From Psammoneis japonica (Eukaryota), in contig QPGO01000025.1 of assembly GCA_008632985.1 (NCBI GenBank), positions 434,001-498,000 on the forward strand: DNA of 64,000 nucleotides, written 5' to 3'. Shown here piece by piece: positions 35,791 to 49,420 of this stretch. The position numbers and the translations under genes were made by a program. The notes under the pieces are model-generated. The model was not told the origin of the DNA. It searched no databases and was given only the letters and a program-made list of their open reading frames with translations. Position 1 is the stretch's first letter. Every line of letters begins with the position of its first letter.

Positions 35791-38700
35791 ATGAACGAAA
35801 AAACTTGCGTCTGGGTGAAAAGCACCGCGTTGAAAAAGGCGCTGGGCGTTGACGAGACGACGCCAGTCTCACCTAAAAGCAGCAAGTTAACGATTAGCAA
35901 GAAGGTTGCCAACGATTATGAACGGACAGGGGGAGAATGGTCCTGGGTTCTGGCTGAGGTATTAACGGGTGACATCTCTGGGATTGCCTCTCACGCCGAT
36001 AAGTTCTCTTCTAATCTCAAGGTACGGGTGATTGACGAGGAGTCCGACTACAAAGACGAACAAGTTGAACTGAGCCCAGAGCAGTTAAAGAGCAAGAATG
36101 GCCGTCCTAACGTTGAAATGGCGAATGAGTATGTTGCCGAGGGCAAGGACCTCGTCCCTCCTGACGATCTCATTACGCTCACGCATCTCCACGAACCGTC
36201 CGTAGTCTTTTGTCTTCGCAAACGTTATGACAATGACGTGATCTATACAGCAACGGGACCCATCCTGCTTGTCGTCAATCCTTACAAATCTTTACCTGGA
36301 CTCTACGATGACAACGCCATGAACAATATTGGGCGCATGGAGAGAAAGTGGCGGAAAAGGCAGAGCTTGAGAAAGGACTAAAGCCCCACATTTATGCGAA
36401 TGCGGATGCAGCCTTTCGCAAGATGATGTATGGGTTGAGTCTAAAGAAGAGTGGTTTGGAAGACGTCGTTTTCAACCAAGCCATTCTCGTGTCTGGAGAA
36501 AGTGGTGCAGGTATATTGTTTGTCTGGGGGGCGCCTATTCGTGTTGGATGTGCAATGTGACTTACCTCTTAACGTTTATTTTTGTTCGTGTCACAGGCAA
36601 GACTGTCACTACAAAACACATCATGAAGTATCTCGCGACGCTCTCTCAGCGCAAAGCCGAACACGCAAAGCGCCGCCGTGCTCCATCTCCTGGACGTGGA
36701 GAAAAGGATCCCCTTCGTCGGGGAAGCAGCGTTCGCGGTCTTTCAAGAGTTCAGGTATGTATCTTGTCTAAGGACTGCTGATACTTTTGTGGATGTGCTG
36801 TTTGACTTACCTCTTGCTGTTTATCTTTCTTCGTTTCATAGTCTTGGAAGGCTGGTGCGCAGATTGAAGAGAAGATCCTCAAATCCAACCCGATTTTGGA
36901 AAGTTTCGGAAACGCTCGTACCATTCGAAACGATAACTCTTCGAGGTTTGGGAAGTTCATCGAACTTCAATTCAAGCAGACCGGGTCGTTGATTGGAGCA
37001 TCTGTTGACACGTACCTTCTTGAAACGGTTCGTCTCATTCATCAAGGTCCTGGAGAGCGTAACTATCACATCTTTTACGAGATGTTGGCTGCCGCCACCA
37101 AGGAAGAACGTCGACAGTACCACCTTGCAGACTACACAGTTCAAGATTTCAAAATGACAAATTCGTCGGGAACTTATGATCGCCGAGACGGAGTGCGGGA
37201 TGATGAGTTGTTTGACAATCTTGTAGTTGGTGAGTGTCGACGCAGCGAACGACTGGTGCTCTTTCCATTTGCAATCTGACTCAATCGTTGCAATTTTAAA
37301 TCTTCTTGTTTAGCGCTGGGAACTATGGGTATTGAACCGTCAACGCAGGATGACATCTTTGGAGTCACCACGGCGTTCTTGCATGCCTCTAACCTAACGA
37401 TGCTTGCTGTTACGGACGATTCTTCCAAGGTGGACGACTCAAATCCTCACTTGGCACCTGTCTTGAAGCTTCTTGGATTGGAGAAGGACGCTTTCGAGTC
37501 GGCGCTCTGTGAATATGAGATCGAAGCAGGAAACACGTCATTTACCAGAAAGGTTTCAAAGGAATTCGCAGAGAAAGGCTTGGAAGCTTTAATCAAGAGC
37601 ACTTATGGGGCGATGTTTTCCTTCATCGTCCAAAGCATCAACAAGAAGATCGATTACAAACCGAAACGCGGAGAACCCGCAGCTCTTGGAAAGGCGGCAT
37701 ACATTGGTGTTTTGGATATTTTTGGCTTTGAATGTTTTGCGGTGAATTCGTTCGAGCAGCTCTGCATCAATTTCACCAACGAAGCGCTACAGCAGCAATT
37801 CAACCGCTTCATATTCAAATCGGAACAGGCAGAGTACCAGCGGGAAGGTATCGAATGGGAGTTCATCGAGTTCCCAGACAACCAGGATGTCATTGACCTC
37901 ATTGATAAGAAGGGGTCTGGCATCATCTCCATCTTGACTGACCAGTGCCGCAATCTCCGAGGGACAGATAAGACTTTCCGTGACCAACTCTACAGTTCTT
38001 GTGATTCGCACGCCAGATTTGAAGCCCCGGGTCTTATCAAGGCTAATGGCCAGTTTGTCGTTCATCACTACGCAGGCCCAGTCAAGTATGACACTGATGG
38101 GTTTGTTGAAAAGAACAAGGATGAGGTTCCTCGTGGTGCTTCAGATTTGTTGATCAATTCTTCGAATTCATTTGTTCAATTATTGGGCCAGATCACCGTC
38201 GGACCAACGTCGAAGAAAGCCGGAGCCAAACGTCCCACGGTGGGCAGTACGTTCACTGCGCAACTTGCAGAGCTGCGCAAGCGTATCGACCAGACCTCTC
38301 CTCACTACGTGCGATGCCTGAAACCCAACCAGGATTTGCTCCCAAGTGACTTTGACAACGCTATGATTGCCGACCAGCTTCGTTATGCGGGAGTGCTGGA
38401 AGCGATTCGTGTCTCACGCGTTGGATATTCTCAACGCTATGATCATCATTTGTTTGTTTCTCGTTATGCGTTTATTTCGATGACAAAGGTTGAGGCTGCA
38501 TCTCCCGACGATCGAGTTGACGTATTGGTTGACATCATTGCTAAGAAGATCTGGAAAGCACAGAATCCGACAGAGTCGCTGTAAGAATATTGCCCGTGCA
38601 GCTTTCTCTTGTTGTTTGCTTTGCACTCACATTGCCCATCACCTTTTTTTCACAGACCACCGGATTTATTGAATGCAGTTGGAATCCAGAGGGGCAGCAC

Positions 38701-39646
38701 TAAAGTTTTTTTGCGTCAAGCGGCTTTTGAATATATGGAGCGATTCAGAACTGAGAAGTTGTCAATTGCCGCTGTTGTGATTCAAGCTCAAGTTCGTGGA
38801 TTTTTGGCGCGTTGCCGTTATTTGCGTGATCGCGAGTCTGTTATTTTGGGACAGGCATGTATTCGACGATTCCTCGCCAGGAAACATTTGCACTTTGTTC
38901 GTGAACGCAAGGCGGCGGCGCGAATCCAGAGCGTTTTCCGAATGGTGGTAGTTCGTGCTCGCTTCCTCAAGAAGAAATACGTCGCATTGTGGTGTCAAAA
39001 GCACGAACGTGGACGCTTGGGTAGGGCTAGGTATTCAAGCCGAAAGAAGGAGGTCGCACTTCAGGCTCTGGACGCTCGAAGTGCCACAACAATTCAATGC
39101 ATGTATCGTTCCTGGAAAGCAAGAGCCACTCTCGCGGAGCTTAAGGACAGCAAGGTGGTAGAAAGGAAGACCTCAGTTGCCCGAATAGTGGATGAAGAGA
39201 AACAGAAAGCAGACATCCAAGCCTATCGAGCCAAAGCGGTCGCAAAGGAAGTCGCATTCGAAAAGGACAAGGAGGTGGAGGAACTTCGGAAGGAGCTTGA
39301 GGACTTGGAGATTTCCACCCGTAGGAAGCTTGAAGAATCCCAAGATGAGATTGCAGATCTTGCATCCGAACTTGAAAGGACTAAGGCGGAATTGGAGGCA
39401 TCGAGGAAGTCGGCGGAGACTGCTTTGTTCAAACTCGCCACTGCAGAAGCTGAAAACAAAAAGTTGAAGGATCAAGTTGGTTCTGGTGTCCTTATCCCAG
39501 GGGTTAAACCTTACGCCAGCACAAGCTTTAATGACCACGATGATCTCAAACAGCTCGATGAACGCATGTACAGTGTCACTGCGAGAGCCCAGCAGAGCAA
39601 GCAGGATTTGCAATCTTTGGTCGAATCTCTGGCGATTCTCAAATAG
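35791..39646 (+). CDS. Myosin heavy chain (motor, about 5 IQ motifs, short coiled-coil tail); 4 introns; frameshift at about 36323
   Basis: DDLITLTHLHEP, GESGAG|KT split by intron 36511-36596, ESFGNARTIRNDNSSRFGKF, LDIFGFE, NSFEQLCINFTNE, PHYVRCLKPN, IQAQVRGFLAR. Confidence 0.95.
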
Positions 39647-39913
39647 AGTCCTTTAAGGTCAACTATTTGGGGTGTGGCGTTGGCGTATTTTTCATTTTTG
39701 TCGTTAGGAAGTAGTAGTTGTGGAAGTAGCAGTCAAATAAGTCGTTGCGTGACTCTTGAGAGCCACGGTAGAAAGTCGTGGTACCTGTAGGAATTTATAT
39801 ACATTCTTACTATTGTACTGAATTGAATACTGAAAAGCTTCAAGCGTAAGCCTTACGTCTTACCGTACCTTCCGCACTGATGCACGAAAGGGAGAATTCA
39901 ATCTGATAAAAAG

Positions 39914-41860
39914 TTACACTGCAACAGCCCTGGTTGCGAGTTCCTCTTGTGAGTCATCATCGGAAAAAGATGGCGCGGGAGAGAAGTGAGCATTGGGTGT
40001 TATGGATACGAAACGTCGTCTCGGAGATGCCGCATCTAGATCCGGTGGGAGAAAGTCTCGGTTGTATAAATCACGGTCTTCGTGGGATAGTTCGGTAACA
40101 TCGAACTTCGAATCAGGCAAAAGGGTAGTCGACGTCATCGGGTGAGGATACCCGCGTGCGCCTCGGTCCGATGGGCCGCGATAGGCGAGCGAAACAGCTT
40201 GGAAATCTTCCGTGCCATGACTGAAATGATGGCGACTTGTTCTCGTACTCTTTTGGTCATCAGCCGATGCCTTGTTAGCGACTGCTGGCCTTGGACGGCC
40301 CAAACTTGACGAGACGGAAACCGTGTCGTCCGTTTCGGTTCTTTTCAGGTCTCTGTCAATTCTCTCCTCGCGTCTCCTTTTGCGCTTCAACGCGGGAGCG
40401 CCCTCACGGCACGCCTGGCAAGTTTTTTCGAGAGCACCCCGTAGACCGATGTCGTACCAGAGAATTTCCCCATTTGCAACGCATTGCTCTCGTTTTAGGA
40501 ACCTCCCACCTTTCTGCCTGATCTCTTCCACGACCAAGGCCGCAACTTCTGGTTTGTCACGCTTTTTGGCATGGAGATAACGATCTTGGAATCGCTTCAC
40601 AATTGATCGATAATACCTGTTAGTAACAGATAATAAGAGGCCGTGAGAGTGTTGTCGTAGCTATCCATACAAGCGATAGAAAAATGCAGAGACGGCCGAA
40701 ATCGCATGAAACGCGAGCAGTACAACTTCACCTGCTACCAGGGTGTGATTGCAAACCAACAACGTTCTCCACTTACCTGTTGCCCGGATGTGAATTAGTT
40801 GCTCCTGTGAAAAGAAAGAATTCAAAGAGTTATCGCTTAGTAAAGCATATCTTTCGTGTACAATACATATCACCGTGACTATACATACCACCCCTTCCGC
40901 ACAAAACATCGTTCTGGTTGATGTCACGAATGTAATCCCGCTGTGGCTGGGGCGGCAACATAAAATGTGGCCCAGGAGGAGGATAGTAAGGATACTGGAC
41001 GAAAGGTGGAGGAAATTGGCCATACGAATAGGATTGCATGGACATTGGATGAAGAGGATACTGGCCATGAGATGCCGTAGTCATAATGATCGGTGGTGGT
41101 CCAGCAGGCGACACACGAGGAGGAGTATACATTCTCCCCGACTCGGTTCCACCCGCAGTCTTCAAAGACGATTGCTCCGTCTCAAGCATAATTTGAGCCG
41201 GTGGCATCGCGTAGTTGTTTCGTTCGTTTGAACCTCCTCTTTGATATCCGTGATTCGTTTGCTCGTAGATAGTTCTTCCCACGGACTTGTTTTGCTCGTT
41301 GCGTTGGCCGACAGAAATATCATGAGTCTTGTTTGAACGAGCTGAAAAAATCGGTGAGTGGTTCTGTTGAGAATTCGCATTCCTACTCTGCTCGTAGAGT
41401 CTCGCCTCGGCTGAGCCTGTGCTCTTGATAATTTCGGTTTTCGTAGTCTCACGTAGCTTGGAGTTTCCATCCCGTACAGATTCATAAGAAGATGCATAAT
41501 CACTACCAGTGGTAGCCTGTTTTTGAAAGCACCGAAAAAGAAATATGTGTAACTTGTTAGTGGTGACGAAGCGTGAACACGGCTTAAGCAATCTGGGTCA
41601 ATCTGATAACCGGGTTTTCATCCCAAACGCGTGCGAGATAGAGAACGCATTTTCGGACACGCAACGGTCCCTTACCTCATAGGGGTGTTTAGAAGTGTAC
41701 CCATTTCCTGGCCATTCTGGAGATCGTGGAGCACTTCCAAAGTCTCCGGCTGCTCGACCACCGACACACACACATTGTTCGTACCGGTATCTCCGCTCTT
41801 ACGTTTACCAAAATGGCGAACGTCATTCGGGCTGCTTGACGATGAATGTAGGGTCTCCAT
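39914..41860 (-). CDS. DUF6824-domain protein (diatom-expanded family); multi-exon, 5' exon uncertain
   Basis: DVLCGRGG|ATNSHPGN|RYYRSIVKRFQDRY..AKKRDK..VA..VVEEIRQKGGRFLK..WYDIG..ALEKTCQACRE. Confidence 0.75.
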
Positions 41861-42379
41861 TTCTCCCTCTCTCTCCTTGATTTAGCTTCAACAAATCAGA
41901 AATAATGGGAAGAAGCGTGTAGCTTGTCTGCATTTTTTCGCTGGCGAGTTTCGATAAAATGTGACCGATGAAACGTGATCCGCGGCTCCTCGCTCGTCGG
42001 ACACGATCGTGTCAGATCTTAATCTTCACCCCTGAATATATCGATGATGTCATATTCTAAAAGAACCTGAATAATAAGTATACGTTACAGAGGACAACTA
42101 CTGTACAGTAAGTAAGTATCACACTTAGTCATCGGTGCTTGTGAGCGCGCGCTACGAGATAGATAGAAGGTCGCTCGGTCTATCTAGAGTCTATCATCAA
42201 TCAGGGCCCAAGGCCTAAGCATAGGCACTCTAGATCGACGATACTGATGGCCAACAAACAGGAAATAGAAAAGAGGAACTTACCGGTACTTCCAGGGGGT
42301 CGCTAACCTCTATCGATACACCTTTTACTACTTTGACACCAGACTACAAACCCAAGAGCAGCACCAAAGCTCGCACGCG

Positions 42380-43734
42380 TTACTTTTCCGCCACCTTGTC
42401 GACCTGTAGCACATATGCTCCTTGGACGTTTCCTCCTTTCAGATCGCGAAGAGCTTTATTTGCATGGTCAAGGTCGTACAGGGTTACTTTTGGTTTGAGA
42501 GGGATCTCAGCCGCCACCTTGAGCAGCTCTCGGAGGTCTTTGCCAGTGACATTCGCAACAGTCTTAATTTCCTTCTCCATCCAAAGGTGCTTTGCGTAGT
42601 CCATCCCAGAAAGCAAAGAAGCATCTTTGCTTTCCTTCCTAATAGCATTTATCACGAGCCTCCCCCCTGGCTTCAGTACCTCCATCGCTGAAAGTATAGG
42701 TCCCCAAGCTGGCGTAGTATCAATTATCGCGTCCAACATCTCGGGTGGCTTGTCGTCGGTGTTGCCAGCCCATACAGCTCCAAGTTCTCTAGCAAACTCT
42801 CTGGTTTTTTCACTGCGTGCAAAGACATAAATATCACTGTCTGGGTACAGGTGCTTGCAAAGCTGAAGGACAATGTGGCCAGAGCCACCAAAACCAGTCA
42901 AGCCTAGGCGCTGCCCATTTCTTAGGTTCGTAAGCATGAGAGCGCGGTATCCGACACCTCCGGCACACAAAAGAGGTGCAGCTTCTTCATCTGTAAAGAC
43001 TTCAGGAATCTGATGGAGCAATACCTATTAGAATGATTTGATTCTGCCGACGTAGGCAACCGTTGCAAAAAAAAAACTACATACCTTATGAGCGTAGCGC
43101 TCCCCGACCCTGAACGAAACGAAAAGAACGAAAAAGGGGCAATGGAAAGGTTGAGCGAGTCTTGTTTGTGACGGATGCCTATGGATCAGCCTTGCAGAAG
43201 GCTTTCCACGATGCAGCTGCAGAACAAAAGGGCTACTCACACCATATATTGACTGTATCCTCCATCAACGTCGCGACCAGTGGCTCGATAAAGGGGAGAA
43301 AGATTCTCCGTTTCTGTTCCATCAGAATCAAAGATCCACCCTACTCCAACCCGATCACCGACTTCTAGCTCGGTTACCTCTTCACCAATTGCAGCTACGC
43401 GTCCAATAACTTCATGTCCAGGAACGACCGGAAGGGAAGGAGGTGCCGTGCGACCTTCGATTTCATCCAGCTCTGTGTGACAAACACCACAAACAGACAC
43501 TTTGACTAGTACTTGATGCTTCAGAGGGACGGGGATTGGCATTCTGGTTGCTACGAGAGGTCCGTGATTGGGGTCCTCAGACGGAGCAATCGGACCGATC
43601 TTTGTAAGCGCCATTGCCCGCATTGTGCCACTTGAATCCGCCATTTCTGAAAAGCCAGAGACACTTGCTACAAGCTGACCGTACAATGCAATCAAGAGGA
43701 GAAGGCAGGTGATTTGAGCGGTTTGATACACCAT
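42380..43734 (-). CDS. Zinc-dependent MDR alcohol dehydrogenase (AdhP-like) with an N-terminal presequence; 25-nt micro-exon at 43085-43109
   Basis: VCGVCHTELD, VVPGHEVIGRV, GDRVGVGW, DGGYSQY, AAPLLCAG, GLTGFGGSGH; introns 43110-43240 and 43010-43084 give an in-frame join. Confidence 0.9.
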
Positions 43735-44991
43735 GAGCAGCTCTACTGTAGGATACAGTAGCGGTTGTGTGATCGGTGATGAAGAAAACAAAAAATCCGA
43801 ACACGACCACAACGAGTCTGACCGCCTCTCGTCGACATTTTCTTGTCTTTCAACTTCAGCCAAATGACAATGTAGTGCCGGCCCCCCACAGCTTTGACGA
43901 GAGCTCGATGTTGCTTCAGACACTTTGGTTGTGCATGATGCCCATGCTCTCTTTAACGTCATCAATTACAAAAGTGCGAGGCAGTTTCGTGAAACATTGC
44001 TTGCAAGGAAACATTGTTGGTTGGACTTTTCAACATCACTCTGGCTGGCCGAGGGTTTTGCAAATGTGCCAGAAGACCGAAGCTTGCTTGGGAGGACACA
44101 GTGTCTCACTGTGCAGGAGTGTGTCCATTTTCTAGAATGTTGGAAGGCAAGGACATGCATCCAACAAGTCCAATCAGCTCTGATCTGCAGGCTGTAGAAC
44201 AGGTGCCAGAGAGGACACAAAAACAGGCGGAAGAGACAAAAGAGCCCCGCACAGTGTCATCTCTGAAAAATGTCTCCCTGTGAAATCTGCCAGAAGTGCA
44301 CACTGCAAATTGGTGCAACTTGCAGAATTGTCACAAAGAACAGCTGGGCCTGTTTGACAAAAGTCATTAACCAAGTTCCACTCAGCAGCAGGAGCAAGCA
44401 TCTGGTGTGTGCAACATCCTTTCAAAGGCCGGCCAAGCAGCACACCAAACATTGGGGGGAGGGGCGATGCACAAACTGGTGGCAGCAGCAGGGACTCCAC
44501 CACTTGACTGCACAAAACTCTTCATTGACAGTGTTGACATGAGAAAAGATGCCAGTCGTTTGCTCTCCTGCATCATCTTTTGTGTTGGGTGACACGCATG
44601 AGTGTCATTTCCAGCCCTCTTCTTCAAAAGAAGAGAAAGAGCCTCTTGCTTCTGCTGCACAGAACAAAAAGAAATGGGTGGCTGTGGGCTGCATTGAGAG
44701 TCCACCCCAGATGCTGGTTTTTGTTCAAGTGTCATCCAATCAAAGGTTGTCACAGCAGCAGAGAGGGGTGCATGTTGGGCCAATGAGCGATGGTGCCAGA
44801 GGTGGTGGTGACAGGGCCAAGTTGTGCTTGAGAGCAACGTGCTGTTGTCTGATTGTGGGGAGCTTTGAGGTTGCTGGAGGCCCTCTCATGTTGTGCAAAC
44901 AGTGCAAAGATTTGGCACCTCATGGTTTGGTGGGAGTGAACTGTTGGCACTTGTGGTGGCCTCGTGTCCAAGAATCATTGACAAAGTGTGT

Positions 44992-45016
44992 CGCAGCAGC
45001 AGCAGCAGCAGCAGCA
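44992..45016 (+). repeat. (GCA)n microsatellite
   Basis: gcagcagcagcagcagcagcagca. Confidence 0.85.
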
Positions 45017-47449
45017 TGAGTGTCGGGGGTGTCTTTGACATGTTGGAGTTGATGCTGGCACCCACACAATGAGTTTGATGGTTGAAGAAAAGCAAAAAGA
45101 GGCACAGTCAGTTTCCAGCTGCTCTCAAACTGCGCCCATGTTGTGTGGCTGGCAGACTCCCATTTTTTGTTGATTTGCCAGAGCCTTTGGGCAAAGAAAG
45201 AGGCAGTGGAGTTGAAAACTGCATTGCATGAGCTGCTGTTGCAGCAACAAACTCTTGGCTTTAAAAAAATGCTTTTCCCAGCTGTCCATCCAAAGCTGGC
45301 ATTGTGTTGTGCACTTGTTGGCATCTTTGAGCCAAGCCTGCATTTCAATTGATGGCGCTGATCTGAAAAGCAACTTCTTAGAGTGAGCATCTGGGAGTGG
45401 AGCCACACCATTGGTCTGCTGCACCTGTCAGCTTCAGATGGTTGCTTTTGCATTCAGCCATTGCCCTGGTGTCATTTGGGCCAGAACTTGCACTGCTGGT
45501 TTGTGCACTGGGCTCCTGACAACCAAGTGGGTGGTTTCTTTCCTCAGCTTGCAAATCACCATAGTTTTTTGCTGATCACGGCTGCCATGTTTGTTGGCTC
45601 TGTTCTGACATGTGTTGTTTGCCATTGACGAATGCACACAAATGCAAGGGAGTGGGAGAAAGGGATGCTTTGGGACACATTTGGGTTGGGGACACTCCAA
45701 AGCTGCCGGGTTCCTTGGTGTGAGATGACATTGTTCTTGCAACTGCCATGCACATGTCCCCAGCAGTGTTGGATCCAGAGTGGAGAGCAAGCACATCACA
45801 GATTGCAACTTGGGAGAGAGCACCAAAACTCCAGAACAAAGTGTCAAAGGCGAAGTGATTTGCAGCAAAGTTCTCCCTGCATCTTTGGCTGGTGGCAAAT
45901 GTCCCCACACCATGGCTTTGCTGGTGACACACTGTTGCCATCACAAATTTGCTCGCAGGTCACAACATGGCAAAAGCAATGGTTGAGAATCCAATTGCAT
46001 GTTGCTCACAGGGGCAACTGCCATCCATTGGATCAACGACAACAGAGTGCAATTAAGCAGGATTGTTGCATGAATTTCTCAATTGCAAAGGATTTCCCTT
46101 TGCACCACTGTTTGCTGCTCTTTAGAGCTGCTGCAGTGAAATGCACCAAACTGTCAACAATTCATGTGTGGCTCAAGCATTGCTTCAATCTTTTTGCTGC
46201 AAAACCAGTCACAAACAAGATTTTGTGAGCTCCAAAGTTGTCGAAGAATTTGCGCATCCTCAATGCAAAAGCCACTCTCATGCAAAATCTGAACAGAGCA
46301 AGGAAATTGGATCAGCAAGACACAACATTGGGCTGTTGTCATCTTTGCAGAACAGCAATGAAGTTCTCTTTGACTGTCATTGCCGTCCTCTCTGGTGTTG
46401 TTGTTGCTTTGACCCACAATGATCCTCTTGCCACCATTTCCATCTTGACCTTTCTTGCATTGAAAGCAACCTCAAAATGAAGCAAAGATGAAGAAGTGGA
46501 CACAATTCAAGATGTTTTTGCCACCCCAACTAAAGAGAATCTAGCAATTGTCATGCATGAGAGCTCCACCTGCACATCACAAGAGGCACGTCTCAGAGGC
46601 TGCATCAAGGAACTCATTCATCTTGCTTCAAAACCCCAGGTCAAGCAGATTCACCAGTGTCCAATTGCTTCCAATTCCAAACTCGCCCAAGCCCTTGGCA
46701 AAGTCCATCACTCATGCTCCAACCTCCATTTGTTTGGGATTGAGTTCAAATCCTTTGCAACCAGTGTGAGCCAAATCAAGTCTTTCATCACCAAAGCCCT
46801 CAAATGCTTCTGCATGACCTCCACCAAGCTGAACATCTGTGGAAAGCTTCTGCCAAAGCTTGACAACACAAGTTCCAGTCCCTTGCTTTCAGCTGTGGCA
46901 ACATTTGAGTTCCTGCTTTCAGACTTTTCAAGGCTGGGGAATGTGTCAATGCCCCCAGTGCATGTCAAAGCATCTGCAACTTTTGACGGTTGATGCCGGC
47001 ATTCTATTTTGTCAACTGTGATTGTTCAACGCATGGAAAATGCACCCCTTGTGGGACAAAACTGCAACATTGACCATTTCTGTCCAGCCCTTCCACTGCT
47101 TGTGACACCCCTGTGCCATCTGGCACCCCGTGGTGAACCAAATGTTGGAGAGCCCCTGAGCCCCAGCACCATCAAGTGCCTCATGGCGAAGAAGATTTAG
47201 ACAACTTGGTTGGATGTTTTGGACAAATGGAAAATTCATCCCAAGCAAAGCAAGACAAGGAAGCCATTGACTGGCTGACTGACCTTTTTAAATGCGTGCA
47301 AATTGCAACTGTGACTGACAAAAATGACTGCTGTGCCAGCATGGCAGTTTCACCTCCAATTGAAACAGCTCAAGTGGTGATGCATCCTGAGCCCACAGCT
47401 TGAGCTTCAACACCCTCTGAGACTGACTCCAGATGAACCAAGCACTGCT

Positions 47450-49420
47450 TTCTCAGAATGATGTGGGCACCACCTGCATTCACGCTTCACAGCTTCCTCA
47501 AAAACTCCATTGGAAATGAGTGACAAGGCTCTTGTCATGAAACAGCCCACCAAGCTTGTCATTTCCTCAAAAATTGCAAACCTCATGGCTGTCCTCACTT
47601 TCCAGTGCAGAGCTGAAGAACCCAACTGAAGAGCCCAACCCCTTGTGATAAAAGTTTGGACAAACACCACACCAAACAAAATGCTGTGTGGCCAACATCA
47701 AAGTCAGCAGGCTCCTCTCCATCAACAATCTGAGAACATCACCCAAACCTGGGCCAAAGTCAGTTGCTTGGATGTGTTGTTGCCTTCAAATTAGCCAGTG
47801 TGACATGACCACAAGCAGCTCCAATTGCAATGAGCAATTCACAATTGTGTGTTGCAACACAAGAACCATTCCTTGTTCCAACAGAGTCATTGTCATCATG
47901 ACTGATGACAGGAGACAACACAACCATGGGTGGAGTTGAGTCCAATTGCTGTTTGCTGAGTCACATGGGAGCAACAATCCAGCTCAAGCAGCAGCTGGTG
48001 GCAACTTGTCTGGCAACTCACAGTTGTTTGGGAGAGAATGGCAATGTTTCATTCCAAACCAAACACCACTTGCCCAACCTGTTTCTTCTTCTTCTTCTTC
48101 TTCTTGCCTCTTGTTCAACTGGGATTTGGCAACTCTTTGGATTCATCATTCACTGACAGTTGAGCAGAGCCACAGTTTGGAGCAACATGTGATGACCTGT
48201 TGTCATTCAGCACATGACAAGAGACAATGCCACATGTTGTTTGGTGATTGAACAGTTTCTTCTTCTAGATCTTCTCCTTTTTTAACAGCCTCATTCAGGA
48301 ATGTGACATGGGCAGAAAGGCTCCACAACTTGACCATTCCATCATTTCCACCCACAGAGATCCAAGCCGAGTTGCACCCCCTGGTGAAAGGATGCAACCG
48401 CCCAGAATGATTTCATGCTCTTTGTCCACAAAAACCACCCATGTGATTTCCTGAGTGCAAACTCCATGTGTGTGCTGTCCCATCCTCCCCAACCAAGATG
48501 ACTGCAACTTGAGTCATGCAGCAGTCCCACATTTGGGTGGCATGGCCCCATCCAGCCCACATCAACTTGTTGTTGTTGTTGTTCTCCATTTGTTTTAAGC
48601 CACACTGTTCAACTGCCTGAGGAGGTGGAAGCTGTGCACGTTCTGCACTGAGCCACTTTAACAGAGTGAACAATGCCTTTGTGACCATTCAAAATGTGAT
48701 TGACTCCTTTGCACTGGACAGGAGGATTGGCTTCATTGTTGGCAGCCGCTGTTTCTTCCACGCTGCTGGTGGTCCACAGGAGCATCTTGTTTTCAACCGT
48801 CCCAGTTCTGCCATTGTGTGAGCAAATCTTTTGCAATGGACTGATGGAGTGACATGGAGCATGTGATGCATCTCTTGGAGCAGACTGTTCTGTTGACAGA
48901 TGCAATTTTGCAGCAGTCCTCTTGATTTTCAATCCAGAACGTGTGAGCCACATGTTGTGTGCCATGGCAACAACCATTGTCAAGCCTTTGTTTCCACTGT
49001 TGCCATGAAGATTTCTGTCCCAAATCCAAAAACAGCATGTGTGGACTGGAGTGAATCATCTGGTTGAACAAGATGCAAAGGAGCAAACCTCTGCTTGTTT
49101 TCAGTGCTCACTGCCATTCAAACAAATGCCAGTTGCTGCCCCCCCAACACAAACATTGCATCATTGCTGGATCACAATTCATCTTCATCCCCAAATCCAA
49201 TGCCCTGAACAGCCCCTCCATTGTGAAAAGCTCTGCATGAAGCTGCTGGATCCTTCTCACAAAGGGAACAGCACGGCAGGTGGGAGGCTTGTGCAGCAAG
49301 CAAAAGTGTGCTCTTGCTCTGTTGGCCCACCCACGATGGACTGCTTTTCAAGAAAATGGCAATTGGTGATGGCGACTTTGACTCACCCATGGCTTTCTTT
49401 AGAACTGGCAACAGTGGTGA
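47450..49420 (-). pseudogene. Decayed WD40 gene resembling WDR6/Trm734
   Basis: Ordered motif relics across frames: RAFHNGGAVQGI, VVAMAHN, RCITCSM, GTVENKMLLW, LNGHKGIVHSVK, ASTSSGS*TVWL, GWGHATQMWD, VILVGEDGTAHTWSL, VGGNDGMVKLWSL. Confidence 0.65.
48083..48105 (+). repeat. (TTC)n microsatellite
   Basis: ttcttcttcttcttcttcttctt. Confidence 0.8.
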
